Assembly (NCBI RefSeq): GCF_006345805.1
Contig: NC_043007.1
Coordinates: 17,112,001-17,176,000 of the forward strand
Direction: 5' to 3'
Length of the DNA: 64,000 bases
From: Octopus sinensis
Taxonomy: Eukaryota
The notes below the pieces were generated by a model. That model worked only from the letters and a program-made list of their open reading frames with translations. It was not told where the DNA came from and made no database searches. Each line of letters opens with the position of its first letter. Positions within the stretch are counted from its first letter, which is position 1. This document shows positions 1 to 14,218 of the stretch, piece by piece. The translations under genes and the position numbers were made by a program.

Positions 1-886
1 GATGGCTGAATGTGATTTTCACATCCCACTGGCAGAGGAGCCAGACAGGCGGCACTGGCAACGGCCACGCTTGAATGGTGCTTTTTACATGCCACTGGCA
101 CCGGGGAAGTCAGGCACCACTGGCAACGACCATGCTCAAATGGTGCCCACCATATTTTTTTTAATGTTTAGCATGGCCATGTGGTAATATTATAGAATGT
201 GGAGACTTGCTCATCCTCACTATTTATTTCCTTTTATTCAGTTTGTTTCGAAGGAGATTTGGATACTATTTCTAGTAGATCAAGGGATAATATAGAGGTT
301 CTGTTAACATTTCTATATAGGAGGTCTGAGGTCTGTTTTGTATTGATCATAATTGAAGAAAAAGAATAATTTTTGACTCAATATGACATAGAAATATTAT
401 CTTGAACTTTTTTATACCAGAAAACAGATATAGCCACTCAAATTTTTTTAATCCTTAACTATAGAAAGCAGTTTTAGATACTAATCTATCTTTTGTTGAA
501 GAATACCATGTCTGAAATTATTTTTTGTTGAGATATACCAAGTTTATTGAGGCAGTGTGACTTGCAGAAAATATCAATTCTATTTTTTTGGGCAGATATT
601 TTGCATCATTACTGAAATGAGCTTGAAAATTAGTTTCACACTGTCCATTTTGTTGAAATTTTTAATGGGGAGTTAGTTAATAATTTGGCACAATTAAAAT
701 GAATTTCTTGATTGCTTTTAGTTTAATTATGGGGGCAGGCATTGCTGTATAATTAGGAATCTCTCTTTGCAACCATGTGGTTTTGGGTTCAGTTCCACTC
801 AGTGGCGCCTTGGGCAGTCTCTACTATAGGGTTGACCTGCGTAGTACCTTATTAGTGAATCTGATAAATGGAAACTGTGTAAAAGC

Positions 887-951
<65 letters not shown>

Positions 952-3164
952 TATATATGTGTGTCTTTGTGTCTGTTTTCTTGCCACTGTTTGGTAACCA
1001 GTGTTGGTTTGTTTTATACTCTTGTAACCTAGCAGTTTGACGAAAGAATGATAGAATAAGTTCCAAGCTTAACAAAGAAGTGAGAACTGGGATCAATCTA
1101 TTTGACTAAAAAAAAAAAAAAAAAATCTTCAAACCAGTATCCAAGTATGGTTGCAGTCCAAAAGAAACAGATAAAAACAAAAAAACAGCTTAACTGTTTC
1201 ATTCAAAGGCATCCCCATCATCCTTGATCTTGTTTTTAAAACAATCTTCAGTTGTTTATCCTATGTTAAAAACTTCTTGGGTATATCTCAATTTTCCTTG
1301 AGCTAACCACCTGACCGAATCATTAGAGAATCAAAATGCATGCAGTATTTAGTTCCAGCCTTTTACTTTCTGACTTCAGATCTTGCTGGGGTCATCTTTC
1401 CTTTTCAGCTTCTTGTAGTCAATAAAATAAAGTACCGATCCAGTATTGTGGTCAATTTATTATAGCTATAAAGCATCCAGGAGATGTGAATAGAATTAGG
1501 ATTGAAGACTCTAGGTCTTATTTATGGCACTGTTTTCTCTGTTACATTCCATATCACACAATCTGATTCTATCCAATCTTTCTTTCTCTCACAAACGGTA
1601 TTTTGTGGCTTCTGTTTTCTTTCAGATTTACATCGTATTTCTGGTAGAATATACATAATCAATTCATCTCTTTTTAGCAATTGCTGTCCTTCGTACAGAT
1701 TTGCATTTCTTAAGCATGCACTGATGTGCACGTATGCACACGCACAAACCCACCCACACATGCATGGCACCATGCACACACACCTATATATCATACAATC
1801 AGTCGTATGTATGTTGGGAATGTTTCTTTTGTTATTGATAAGAATTGAGTTCTCCAAGCTTATCCAGGAAGCCATTATAGATGCTACATAGCAATAACCC
1901 ATCGCAAATATTGAAGAATTGAGGCATTATATTGCTGCATGTAATGAATGTATATGGATTTGTTAACCCTTTTGTGATTTATGTTTCTATTGATTTTCAA
2001 AATTAGGATTGGAAGGGTTTATAATAAAATATCTATAATTTATTTATTTATTTACTGATATGTTAAAGCTAGCCTTTTAGGATGCAGCTTAACAAAAGGT
2101 TTTTACATAAATCTATGATGAAACTTCCCCTCCAGTTATCTTGTATATAATATTTCAGTGGCTGCTATTTATTTAGTCTCAGATCACCCCTAATCAAGAT
2201 GGCACCAGAGCTTTGATCAAGCCCCAGAGTCAGCCCTAATCACATTTTTAAAAAAAATTTCACACTTAGTGTATTCTTGCTTTATTCAATGTGCCCCCAC
2301 CTCTTTTATTTTTTATATAGATGTTAGGATATGATTTGGAGGAGGTTTGGCTGTTATTTCTAGTAAGTTGAATGAATGTGTAGTGCAGGCCTGGCCCATT
2401 CGAATTACATTGCAGGCCACTTTAATCAATTTTTTGAGGGACGCTTGTATATTTTATGCACTAATAGTAAAATAATCAAATTACAGAATCAAGATTTTTT
2501 TCATATTTTTCGTTTGTTTAAAATTATAAAATTGTAGGCTATTGCTTTATTGCCATTTATAAATCTTAAATTTATTTCAAAACAAATGTTTTACACAAAC
2601 CGTTTTATTTTGAAACTAAACACAATACTTCAAGAAAGTATCAAGCAGGCTGCAAGATAAAAGACTGCTGGTTGCATGTGGCCCGCAGGCCTCAGGTTGG
2701 CCAGCCTTAGCTCTCTCAGTAGCTCTCTCAGTGGCTCCACAGTTAGTAGAAATTTTAATATAGATATGAAAACTAATACAAGCTTTTGGTAATCTGAGAT
2801 CACGGGTTATCTCAAATGGGTTGATATTGAGGATTATATTTATTGTCAGTCTCATTGAAAAACCATTCTTTTACTGTTTGTTTACTCTGGAAGCCTACTG
2901 TAGACTGGTAGTTCCAACCCATAGCACTTCTTGACTGCAGTCCTAAATATCATTTTATCAATACATATTAAAAGAATGTGGATATATATTCTTCGTTCTA
3001 CTTCAGATGAGTCATACTGGTAGAGCCTATATACACACTTTTTCTTTGTTTATTATTTCCTCCCCAAAATAAAACAGTTGTTTGTCTCTCTATATTTCTT
3101 TTTCCAAAATTATTTTTCTAAGCACTAAACCTGTGGTCTTTTCAATACTACTGCTACTACTATT

Positions 3165-3552
3165 TTACTATTTTACTTGTTTCAGTCATTTGACTGTGGC
3201 CATGATGGAGCACCACCTTTAGTCGAGCAAATCGACCCCGGGACTTATTCTTTGTAAGCCCAGTACTTATTCTATCGGTCTCTTTTGCCGAACCGCTAAG
3301 TGACGGGGACGTAAACACACCAGCATCGGTTGTCAAGCAATGCTAGGGGGACAAACAGAGACACAAACATACACACACTCACACACATATATATACACGA
3401 CGGGCTTCTTTCAGTTTCCGTCTACCAAATCCACTCACAAGGCTTTGGTCGGCCCGAGGCTATAATAGAAGACACTTGCCCAAGGTGCCGCGCAGTGGGA
3501 CTGAACCCGGAACCATGTGGTTGGTAAGCAAGCTACTTACCACACAGCCACA
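3165..3552 (-). mobile_element. SINE family A
   Basis: Same family; older or partial copies also near 733-1175, 10000-10415, 12766-13052, 33415-33690, 39020-39430, 52080-52310, 62030-62209. Confidence 0.9.
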
Positions 3553-3989
3553 TATTTTCAAATGCTTTACATTTTCAACTGATTTCACTGTTATGTTATA
3601 TCTCTATAGCATGTGTGTAGTTAGTAGTGGTTGACCTTTGTGCTTTTTAGTCATATTATATCCTTACTTTTGTATTACTATAGTAAACTGGCCCATGAAT
3701 TTAGAAAAGTACTATGTGACATAAAACTTAAAATCAAGATTGTAGAAAAAACAGGCAGATCTGAGTTCAAATTCCGCCGAGGTCGACTTTGCCGTTCATC
3801 CTTTCAGGGTTGATAAATTAAGTACCAGTTACGCACTGGGATCGATGTAATTGACTGAATCCCTTTGTCTGTCCTTTGTTTGTCCCCTCTGTGTTTAGCC
3901 CCTTGTGGGCAATAAAGAAATAAGATATGTCCATAAAAAAAGAAAAAAACACCTTGCACTGACAACAATAGCAGAAGTTTGTACAACCA

Positions 3990-4260
3990 GCCTGCAGATA
4001 AACTGTGAAACTAGAAAAGTTGGAAAGACAATCTAAGGACAATACCACGACCTACATAGGGGAAACAGCCTAAGGCTTAATGTGAAAAGATTGTAGGATA
4101 GGTGAGAATTCAATGAAAAGAAGCAAACATCCTTATTCTATCAGCATTCCATACAGAAACAATGAGTGGATGCAAATAAAAAATGTTGAAATAGGAAGTC
4201 TTTCCAAACATCCAAAAATACCAACATTAAGATAGCTTACAAAGACTATACAAATACAGG
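3990..4260 (+). mobile_element. Penelope-like GIY-YIG endonuclease relic
   Basis: TYIGETA at 4050-4070 followed by a stop, and KKQTSLFYQHS downstream (cf. YIGET...S.L..H). Confidence 0.5.
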
Positions 4261-4418
4261 AAGCATGTAACCCCACACACATAGACATACACATACACAT
4301 GTGCTCCCTATAAAGAATGAATAGTCCAGCAATACCTCCTGCCCACAACCACCATCATAGTAATACAAAAGTAAGGATACTATAAGATTAACAGCAACTA
4401 AGGTCAATCATCTCTCTT

Positions 4419-4517
<99 letters not shown>

Positions 4518-5499
4518 ACTCACATACACACATTCTTAATGATTGCAACAACTATAGCAAAAGGAAGCAAAATAAATAAATATCAATACTGTCTTGAGCT
4601 TGCATAGAGATGTAACATAACAGCAAATAAGATGTGACGCAGCAGTAAATAGGATGTGACGCGGCAGTAAATAAGATGTGACGCGGCAGTAAAATCAGTT
4701 GAAAATGTAAAGCATTTGAAAATATATAACCAATGAAAAGGTCAAAGATTTAATGTTTAGAAAACTAATTTCAATGAACAATTTTTTTTTTTTAAAGAAA
4801 TATAGACATAGAACAATTTTGGTTTTGAGATAACATTTTTAGTTCAGTGTTCTTGCAAAACAAATTCTAAACATTCTTTGCTCCTCTCTCTATAAGTCCT
4901 CAATGAAAATATGAACTTTTAGGCCTGCAACCCTGGTTGAGAACTGCTTTGAAGGGTTTAGTCAATCAAATAAGCTCCAGTGTATTTTGTCAGTTTCTTT
5001 TTGCCAAATTGTTCAGTGATGAGGACTCTAACCAGTATCAATTGTCAGTGTTACACACAGACACACATACGATTGGCTTCTGCAGAGTTTCTGTCTCAAG
5101 ACATTGGTAGACCCAAGGCTTATACGAGAAGACGCTTATCCAAGTTGCCATGTAGTAGCCATGAATCCAAAACCACATGGTTACAAACATAAGGTATCTA
5201 GAGGGACAATAACTCTAGATAAAACTGACAGCAGAGGAGACTTTCCAGTCCTGGTAGACAACTCCTCTGGTGCTATCTGTATATTAAAATACACCCAGTC
5301 AACTATGTAAAGTAGTTAGTTTTAAAAAGGGCATCTAGCCATATAAATCATGTCAAATAACATGACAACATAGTCTTATCTTTGATGTCTAAAACAAACA
5401 CAACAACAAAGATAGATGTCTTATTTTTTGTTTCTGTATGTCATGATGAATCACCATGACACATAATGTAGTGCTGTACAAGGACAGGCCCCACTAACC

Positions 5500-5794
5500 C
5501 CAGGGTTCCTAACTGGGCTCCACAGAAATTTTAAGGGGGTCCACGAGTAAAAAGTTGTGATTTGTGGGTCCATATATAAATTTTGTTTACTATGAGAGGT
5601 ACCTGTATTTATTGAAATTTTCAAGATTTGTATTTGGAATTTCTGTTATGAATATAATGAAATTGTTTCATTGTTAGTTTTTAGTAACCTACAGACAAAT
5701 ATTTTATTTCAAAAATTTACATGTGCATATATGGGGTCCACAGATAAGATAGCTCTCAGGGAGTCCACAAGCAAAATAAGGTTGGGAACCCTTG
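5500..5794. mobile_element. hAT-type MITE, older
   Basis: TIR ccagggttcctaac / gttgggaacccttg; 8 bp flanks cactaacc / ctctaacc; subterminal ggtccaca repeats. Confidence 0.75.
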
Positions 5795-6097
5795 CTCTAA
5801 CCCATGCCAACATGGGGAAAAAAGATCTGACAAAAAAACAAAAGAAAAGCGTAATATATTATGTACTATACTGTGAATATATATTATGAATAGTTATATT
5901 GTCTTTTGTTTCACACACACACTTTTGATCCATGGTTGTTAGTTCGACAAAATATATTTTGTTTTGTCTGAGCCATGGGTGAACAAAATATGGACTAACA
6001 ATTATGGATCATATGTTTATTCACTCTCAGACTTATCTTTGAGTTTTTCATTCTAAATGACATAACTTCTTTAAACTTGTCACCTCCTGAAATATAT

Positions 6098-6300
6098 ATA
6101 ATAGTATTTTATAAGCTTAAAACTTATAAGCGATCACTGTGCAATGACTAAAGAAAATAATCTAATAATGGGGCATATAAGCCCTTGACAGAAAACCTAC
6201 CTTTTTTTGTTGAGGGCTTGTATACCCCATTATTAGACTATTTTCTTTTGTCATTGCATGGTGATCGCTTATAAGCTTTAAGCTTATAAAATACTATTAT
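6098..6300. repeat. Long inverted repeat (~95 bp arms)
   Basis: ataatagtattttataagctta...gcccttgaca / tgttgagggc...taagcttataaaatactattat. Confidence 0.9.
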
Positions 6301-6579
6301 TATTATTTACAGAATTGTAAAAATCGCTTCTAGGGATTATAATTTTATATGACTTAATAGTTGTCACTGTTTAGTTATGTATTTAGGAGTGGCTATAATT
6401 TACATAGGGTAAATGTGTTTGAAAGTTGTGGTTTCTTTGGTTTGTTTCTTCCCAAACAACACTTATTTTATTGCTGTTGACACTGCCAGATTGAGTGGTA
6501 CTGTCCAGGTGTTGAAACCATAATGATATCCATGGGACAGCTGATGATGGTATGGCTGTTTTTGTATATGTGGAATAGT

Positions 6580-6668
6580 TGTTATTATTATTCAGGTCAC
6601 TGCCTGGAATTGAACTCAGACTCTTGGGGTTAGTAGCCCGCGCTCTTAACCACTATGCCATATGGGCA
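6580..6668 (-). mobile_element. Short tRNA-like SINE with (AAT)n tail
   Basis: A/B boxes; second copy at 20776-20860(+); tgtggaatagt duplicated on both sides. Confidence 0.75.
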
Positions 6669-7379
6669 TGTGGAATAGTATTATTGGATTGTTGGTATGG
6701 CTGTGGAATACTATTGTAATACATCCTTTTGATATATTAATGGTGAATGAAAATTTGAGAATAGTAATAATAGTACAATCTAAGCCAGTAGGTGTTGAAT
6801 ACAAATCTATTGTATTGAAGACTTCTTACTTGATCAGTGCAACTAAACTAAGATTTGAGACAAATATAGCTGGTATATTGGGAGAAATCAATTCTGAAGC
6901 ATATACTCAAAAAGATGGGATTATCACAGCTGGACCAGTGGATCTAATGATTTTATATTCATTAGTCCATCTACCTATCTGTGGGCAATAAGCACATTCT
7001 TTCGGAATGTGATGTGTGCTAGATTTGTGTTAGAATGTACTAAATATAAAATTTGAACATCTGCCACTGAGATGACTATCTTGCTAAGAAAATAAAACAT
7101 AGAACTAAAATAGAGAACACCTCCATGTTTATAATCAATAAGGTAGCTTTCAAGACATATTACACCCAGTTCATGCATACAGGCATAGACATACAGTTCC
7201 CAGATATAAAGGCAGACATGCATTCACACAAAGGTACAAACCTGCTTAGAAGCAGATGCACTGTCAGATAGATGCCTATACTTATATGTACAATTAAAAA
7301 AATATATGTAATTTAGTCAGGGTGAAGGGGTTTTATGCCAGTGACCAAGCAGACCTGCCAACACTAGTGAAATTGATGT

Positions 7380-7690
7380 GATTCAAGGTTGAGTTTGGAC
7401 AACTGTTACTTGATGAGGGCAAAGAAGAGAAAAAAAAAGTCAGGCAGGGAGTGAATTCTAGTGGGATGGCATACTGGTGCGGAAGGATTGGAAAGGTAGG
7501 TTATGTGGAGCCTTGAATGAATAATATGAGTGATAAGAAGAGTTGATTGTGTCAGAAGTGGGGATGAACATCAATGGATATGGTATGCAACTAGCTAATT
7601 CCAGAGAGCAGATGCTATTGTGATAGTGGTAGAAAAACAAGAAAGCATTCTGGAAACGGCACACCCATAGACTACAGACTACCAATCAGT
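7380..7690 (-). mobile_element. CR1/L2/Jockey-like LINE 3' relic
   Basis: FFYHYHNSICSLELASCIPYP...SFRTS resembles LFYRY..G.CS.EL...IP.P...RT. Confidence 0.55.
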
Positions 7691-7799
7691 GGGGGAGCTT
7701 TTTGGAAGAAAATGGGTCCTTGTCAAGTGTGTTTATATGTGTAACAGCAGCAGCATTGTCACAGATATAGGAACGTTATTCCATCATCACTTTCATTTG

Positions 7800-8335
7800 A
7801 CCACACACATGCATTCTTACACACTCTCATACACATTCTCATACACTCTCATACACATTCTTATGCACTCATGCACATTCTTGCTCACTCATGCACATTC
7901 TTATGCACTCTTGTGCACATTCTTACGCACTCTTGTCACATTTTTACGCAGTCTTGACATTCTTAGTACTCTTGTGCACATTCTTACGCACTCTTGTGAA
8001 CATTTGTAGGCACTTTTATGCACATTCTTATGCACTCCTGTGCACATTCCTATGCACATTCTTATGCACACTTGTACACACTCTTAGGCACTCTTGTGCA
8101 CCCTTATGCACACTCTTGTGCACCCTCACACACTCTTATAACACTCTCATGCACATTCTTACACTCACGTACATTCTTACTCATATACGTTCTTACACTC
8201 ATGCACATTCTTGCACACTCTCATGCACATTGCTACACACTCTTGTCCACATTCTCACGCACTCATGCACATTCTCACAATCATTCTGTCACACACACAC
8301 TTTCTCTCTCTCTCTCTCTCTCACATACACACATA
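7800..8335. repeat. Degenerate CA-derived minisatellite (cacattcttatgcactc-like)
   Basis: Recurrent 10-12 bp units cacattctta/cacactctca ending in (CA)n/(CT)n. Confidence 0.9.
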
Positions 8336-9204
8336 CTTTGTGTTATTTCTCTAGATTAGCAAGAATGTATTTTGATCTTTCTTTCCTTCACCTTTTCTCT
8401 CTTTTCCTGTCTAATCTCTTGTCTGTAAATAAACTTTGTTTCAAATCACCATTTGTGTTTTCTTTAGATCTTATAAAAACATGTCTTTTCATTGTCCTCT
8501 CGCCCTCTCTCTCTCTCTCTCCCGCACACACATTCATATAATATATACATGACATATAAACCCAATTGCATTCACGCTTAAATTTGACCACTTTGTCCCC
8601 CATCACCATCCCCATCTTCACCACTACTGTTGCCGCTTCTTTGAAACTTCCTTTTATTTCCATGAGAATGTTTGTTTACCATCCACAGATTGGAGAGTTG
8701 ATGCTGGTGATTTTGGCTTGTTTAACACATTCAGGATTCACTTAGGAAAATGTAACTGCACCATATATTACATACATATATTTGCATACATACTTATATG
8801 TATGCATGTATGTATTTTTTTTTTATTTATATTTTACCACTTTCAGCCTCTTCTTTCTGAACCATTTTATAGTTTCTCAGATCCGAGAGAATCACAGCAT
8901 ACATACTTATCGCTTAGCAACTAGAAAAGGAAGGGCAGCATCCTTGATGCATTTACGGAGCCTCCAAGTTTGGTGAGCAAAGGAGAAGGGAACCAGGTGT
9001 CATAATTTGCTGCAACATTAGGAAACAGCACATCAAGTTATCAAGTTTTTTGTTAGCTTTAGGGTCTCCTGTGCTGCTCAGCGCATCAAGCAACAAGCTT
9101 CCTCTATTGGTGTCTGTTGGTTGCTATTCTTGCACATATGTTCCATCCGGTGTTGACTATCTCCAGATCATTTTGATATGTCCACTACCTAGTGATCTTC
9201 AACC

Positions 9205-9437
9205 TATTTCTTTATTACCCACAAGGGGCTGAACATAGAGGGGGCAAACAAGGACACACATAGGTATTAAGTCGATTACATCGACCCCAGTGCGTAACTG
9301 GTACTTAATTTATCGACCCCGAAAGGATGAAAGGCAAAGTCGACCTCGGCGGAATTTGAACTCACAACGTAACGGCAGACGAAATACCGCTAAGTATTTC
9401 GCCCGGCGTGCTAACGTCTCTGCCAGCTCGCCGCCTT
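9205..9437 (-). mobile_element. tRNA-derived SINE family B (~230 bp)
   Basis: aaggcggcgagctggcaga...gagttcaaattccgccgaggtcgactttgcctttcatcctttcggggtcgataaattaagtaccag; related pieces at 3760-3925, 17010-17125, 42660-42870, 45825-46000, 48440-48670, 55947-56170. Confidence 0.88.
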
Positions 9438-11164
9438 AAACCTGTCCCTTTTATGCCTGCCATCAGGTGGTACCCAAGTCATGGCTGTTTTCGAGTGCTG
9501 TTGATTGGTTAGACCAAGAGTGTTGCCACCCAGGTGGAATTGGCACTCTGCTACAATCTCTTGCTAGAAGGTGCTCAAGGGCCAGTGCTGGTGCAAAACC
9601 AGGCAGTAGATTTTCAACCACCGAAAACAAATATAACCAGTCTTAGTCTTTTGTGCAGCTTTCATTTACCAAATTCCACTCACAGGCATGGCTATGATAA
9701 AATATACTTACCAAGGTGCTGTGCAGTGGAATTGAACCTGGTACCTTGAACTTGTGAAATGGGCTTCTTAACCATATGACATGCTTGTGTTTATAGGTGT
9801 GTATGTGGTGGGATTAAGGATGTGTGAGTATATCAGTGAAATAAAGGTGTGTGTGATGAAATATAATTCCTAGAAACTAAGAAGACAAGTGATAATCTGT
9901 CAGAAGAGTCCATAAAGTAATAAGATAAGAGTGATGAACTTTACTACTGTATCTGTGAAGCGATAGAAATGGAACCATCTGCAAAAGTGTACATGTATAG
10001 GTGCAGGCATGGCTGTATGTTTAAGATGCTTGCTTTGAAACCACATGGTTTTGAGTTCAATTTCATTGTGCGGCACCTTCTGCAAGCATCTACTACAGCC
10101 CCAGATTGACCAATACCTTGTGAGCGAATCTGGTAAATGGAAACCGTGTGGAAGCCCATTGTGTATATATAGATATATCTACGTGTGTGTGTGTCTTTAT
10201 ATGTGTTTGTCCCCACAACACACACCTCTTGACAACCGGTGTTGGTTTGTTTACATCTCCATAACCTAATGGTTTGACAAGTGAGTCCGCTAGAATAAAT
10301 AAATACCATGCTTAAAAATAAATATGGGGATTAATTTGCTTGGCTAAAACCCTTCAAGGCAATGCCCCAGCATGGCTACAGCCCAATGACTGAGACAAGT
10401 AAGAGATATAAAAGATATACATTCCTTTTTTTAATTATCCATTAAATAACTCACGTATATATGTATGACCCAGTTGGTGGAGTCTGAGATTCCCATAAGA
10501 TACTTTGTAAGGTCTGAGTAAGTTAGAATGGTTCAGAAAGACATTGCTATGCATTGACAATTTGAATGGCTTTCTCTTTTTATTTACTAATTAGCAATTC
10601 TCTTCATATTTAATATCTAATAGCACAAGGTCACAAAGTTTGATTAGAGCTAAAGTATAATGAAATTCACCACTACCCACCCCGCTGCACTTAATTTTGA
10701 GGGGAAGCAGGATATAGTTGATGTTAACTCCTCCCACCGCCTCATGGTATGAGCTGAGGCTGACTTTTGGTACAAACACGGCTGTGTGGTTAAGAAGCTT
10801 GCTTTGCAACCATGTGGTTTGGGGTTCAGTCCCACAGTGCAACACCTTGGGCAAGTTTCATCTGTGTATACTCCCAGGCCAACCAAAGCCTTGTGTGTGA
10901 ATTTGGCAGATGAAAACTGTATAGAAGCCCGTTGTGCATGTGTGTTGTCTGTTTGTCCCCATGTCTACTTGACAACCAACCGTAGTTTGATATTTAAACT
11001 CAGGATATAAAGAGCTAAAACAGATCCTACCGCATATTTTGTCTGATGTTGTAGCAATTCTGTTCCATTGCTCTGAGACATTTGTCCATAAACTGTGGAA
11101 GGACACTTCAAGTGTTTTTGCCATTTGCACCAATTTGGTCAACAATTTAATAATTCTACTATAG

Positions 11165-12760
11165 ACACAAGGCTTGACATTGTTGGGAAGGGGACGGTCA
11201 ATTGTATCGACCCTAGTGCTCAACTGGTGCTTATTTTATTGATCCTGAATGGATGAAAGGCTAAGTTGACCTTGGTGTAATGTGAACTCTGACTGTAAGG
11301 AGTCAGAAGAAATGTCGCTAAGCACTTTGTTCAATATGCTAGCGATTCTGCCAGCTAGCTGTCTTATTCAATAATAAATACACTTTAATAATAATAATAA
11401 TAATTTTTTTTACTGCCGCGAGGGAGACAAAAGGAAACTATTACGAAGAGAAACTACAAAAGGGGAGGGGATTTATAATGACTGTAAGAAAAGAAAAAAA
11501 TGTAAGCAAATTGAAATCCAAATAAAAGTGCTCCCTCTCAGTTGTGATCTGTCTCACAGATGCATATTTAGAGTCGGTTCATTCTGCTGCGGCAAACCCT
11601 AACCCACCTTCCACTATATTTACTGGATGATAGTACTTAATACTTTCCGTTCTACTCTCATTTACCCCTTCAAGTGGTATTTGAAAAAAGTTGTTGATGC
11701 CTAGTAGTAATGATTTTGCCACAAGACCAGCAGTTTTGATCGAAAGGGTAAGTCAATTACATCAACCCCAGTTCTTGGCTGGTTCTTAATTTTATCAGTT
11801 TAGAAAAGATTAAAGGCAAAAGTTAACCTTGGCAGTATTTGAACTCAGGCCTTAAAGACCTAAAAAAAAAAAACAAAAAAAAAAACACTAAGTATTTTGT
11901 CTGATGTGCTAATGCTTCTGCCAGCTTGTCATCTTAATAATGATAATTCTTTTAAATTTGGACACAAGGCCAGCAATTTTGAAAGGAGAGTGATTATATT
12001 GACCCCGGTACTTGACAGGTACTTTATTTTATTGCCCCCCCCCCCTCAAAGAAAAGGGATGAAAAGGAAAGACTTAGGTGGCATTTGAACTCAGACCATT
12101 AAAAGCTAGAAGAAATGCTGCTCAGCATTTTGTCTGCTGTACTAATGGTTCTTCCAGCTTCCTGCCTTCTACCCTGTATTAATGATGATTTCAAATTTTG
12201 GCACAAGGCCAAAATTTCAGGGTAGGGGATAAATCAATTACATTGCCCCCCTGTCTCTCTCAAGTACTCAACTGGTACTTACTTCATTAACTTTGAAAGG
12301 ATGAAAGGCAAAGTTGATCCAAGTGACATTTGAACTCAAAACGTAAAGTTTGAAGAATGTTGCTAAGCATTTTGTCCAGTGCAGTAACGATTCTACCATC
12401 TTGACACATTATATACTGTATTTTAATATGTATAAGAAACCCTTTTTTGTCAAAAATTAGGTTTAAAAAAATATGGGAGTTTCTTATACATGGATAGTAT
12501 TATAATCCCTTACAAAACCTTTTTTCCAAATTTTAAGACCCCCAAATTAGGTGGTTCCTTATACATGTTAAAATACGGTAATAATAATAAGTTTCAAAGT
12601 TTGGAACATGGCCGGCAAGTTTGAGACAGGGGTTAAGTTGATTGCAATGACCCCAGTGTTTCACTAGTACTTATTTTATCGATCCTGAAAGCACAAAAGG
12701 CAAAGTCAACCTTAGCAGAATTTGAACTCAGAACGTAAAGATGGATGAAATGCTATTAAG
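11165..12760 (-). mobile_element. Cluster of about five degenerate SINE family B copies in one orientation
   Basis: Repeated gacccc..gtacttattttat..gaaaggcaaagttgac..tttgaactcag modules near 11165, 11710, 11945, 12185, 12590. Confidence 0.8.
12414..12580. mobile_element. Tc1/mariner-pogo type MITE
   Basis: TA-ctgtattttaatatgtataag ... cttatacatgttaaaatacgg-TA. Confidence 0.8.
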
Positions 12761-14176
12761 CTATATAGCCTCGGGCCGACCAAAGCCTTGTTAGTGGATT
12801 TGGTAGACGAAAACTGAAAGAAGCCCGTCATAGATATATATATATGTATGTATATGTCTGTTTGTCCACCCCAACATCGCTTGACAACCGATGCTGGTGT
12901 GTTTTCGTCCCCATAAAGTAGCGGTTCAGCAAAAGAGACCGATAGAATAAGTACTAGGCTTCCAAAGAATAAGTCCTGGGGGTTGATTTGCTCGACTAAC
13001 GGTGGTGCTACAGCATGGCCACAGTCAAACAACTGAAACGAGTAAAAGAGTGAAATAAATTTTTGTTGTTTTTTGGCATCAATTAAAACTTTGAAGAAAC
13101 TTTTTCCCTCCCTATTCTACAAGTTTTAGACTGATCTATCTCTCTCTCTGTCTTTCTCTCTCTATGCAAAAAATTGGTGCTTGCTACATTCTGCTGCTGC
13201 TACACAATTCCTTGCTTTGGGGTATAGATTTTTTTTAAACATGAATTAAATAACTTCAGATCAACAATGGACTATCATCATTAGCAACACTTATGCAGGA
13301 AAAAATTAAATTTTTCGCAAACTCACTGCTATTTTATTGGATTTACTTATAGAATACGTTTTTTTTTTTTTCTTTGAGGTTTTGAAAGAAGGGAAAAAAA
13401 TTTATTTCTTGAAATAATCCAGATACTCATCACCTTGCAAATGTTTCCCCTTTTATGTTATTGGCTGATGTGGATAGAGACAGTAAGTCTGCTTCATAAG
13501 GCAGTGCCCACTGTTTGCTAATTTTTCTTTTTCTTTTTTTTTTATTTTGTAAACAGTAAATTTTTATTTTATTTTATTTTTATATTTATTTCCTTTTATG
13601 TTGTTTTTCGCTCTAACTTCAAAGCATGATGAAGAAATTTTGCAAAACTTGTTAGATATAATTTTTTTTTTTTTTTTTTTTTTTTTTTTCCAAAAATTAT
13701 ATTTCTGAAAGAAAAAGTAAAAGAAAAATTATATCTAAGCTTTATTTATTTATTTATTTTTTCCATTTATTTCTCAAGATTTAATTTCCTAAATGCACAA
13801 AAACTACCTTTACAATTTTTTATTTTGTTCAATTAGTCGCTTTGTAAAAGTCTGTTTTGTATCTCAATGTATTTTTTACATTTTACATTTTTCATTGTAA
13901 AGCTTTAAATATTGTTTTAATTAGTTTATTTTGCATTTTGTTTGTATTTTTTTTATTAATTTCCATGCACTCCAAAGGATTTTCAATGAAAGGTATTTTT
14001 ATTCGGCTCCTTAACACCTACGGATTGCTGTTCACTTCAGGTTCATCACAAGACTTGTTTTTAATTTAGGCAGTGGGCAGTATTTAATTACACTGAACTG
14101 GTTAATTTTTGTGTGTTTGTTTGTGGTTGGTTTTTCTTGTTCACAGATTATTTCACTTACAATGTGACCAGATATC

Positions 14177-14218
<42 letters not shown>

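Noticed and set aside
3330-3527. Recurrent peptide ...YQIHSQGFGRPEAI...GLNPEPCGW seen in many ORFs
   Set aside because: Antisense translation of SINE family A, not a gene family
4625-4692. Three 21 bp direct repeats (gcagtaaataagatgtgacgc); also a 2-copy repeat at 62418-62520
   Set aside because: Simple local tandem duplications with no further structure
7564-7588. Candidate Rab4 first exon MNINGY(D) with phase-1 gtatgc donor
   Set aside because: Gives a plausible YD-FLFK junction but lies antisense within a LINE relic with no promoter evidence; likely chance
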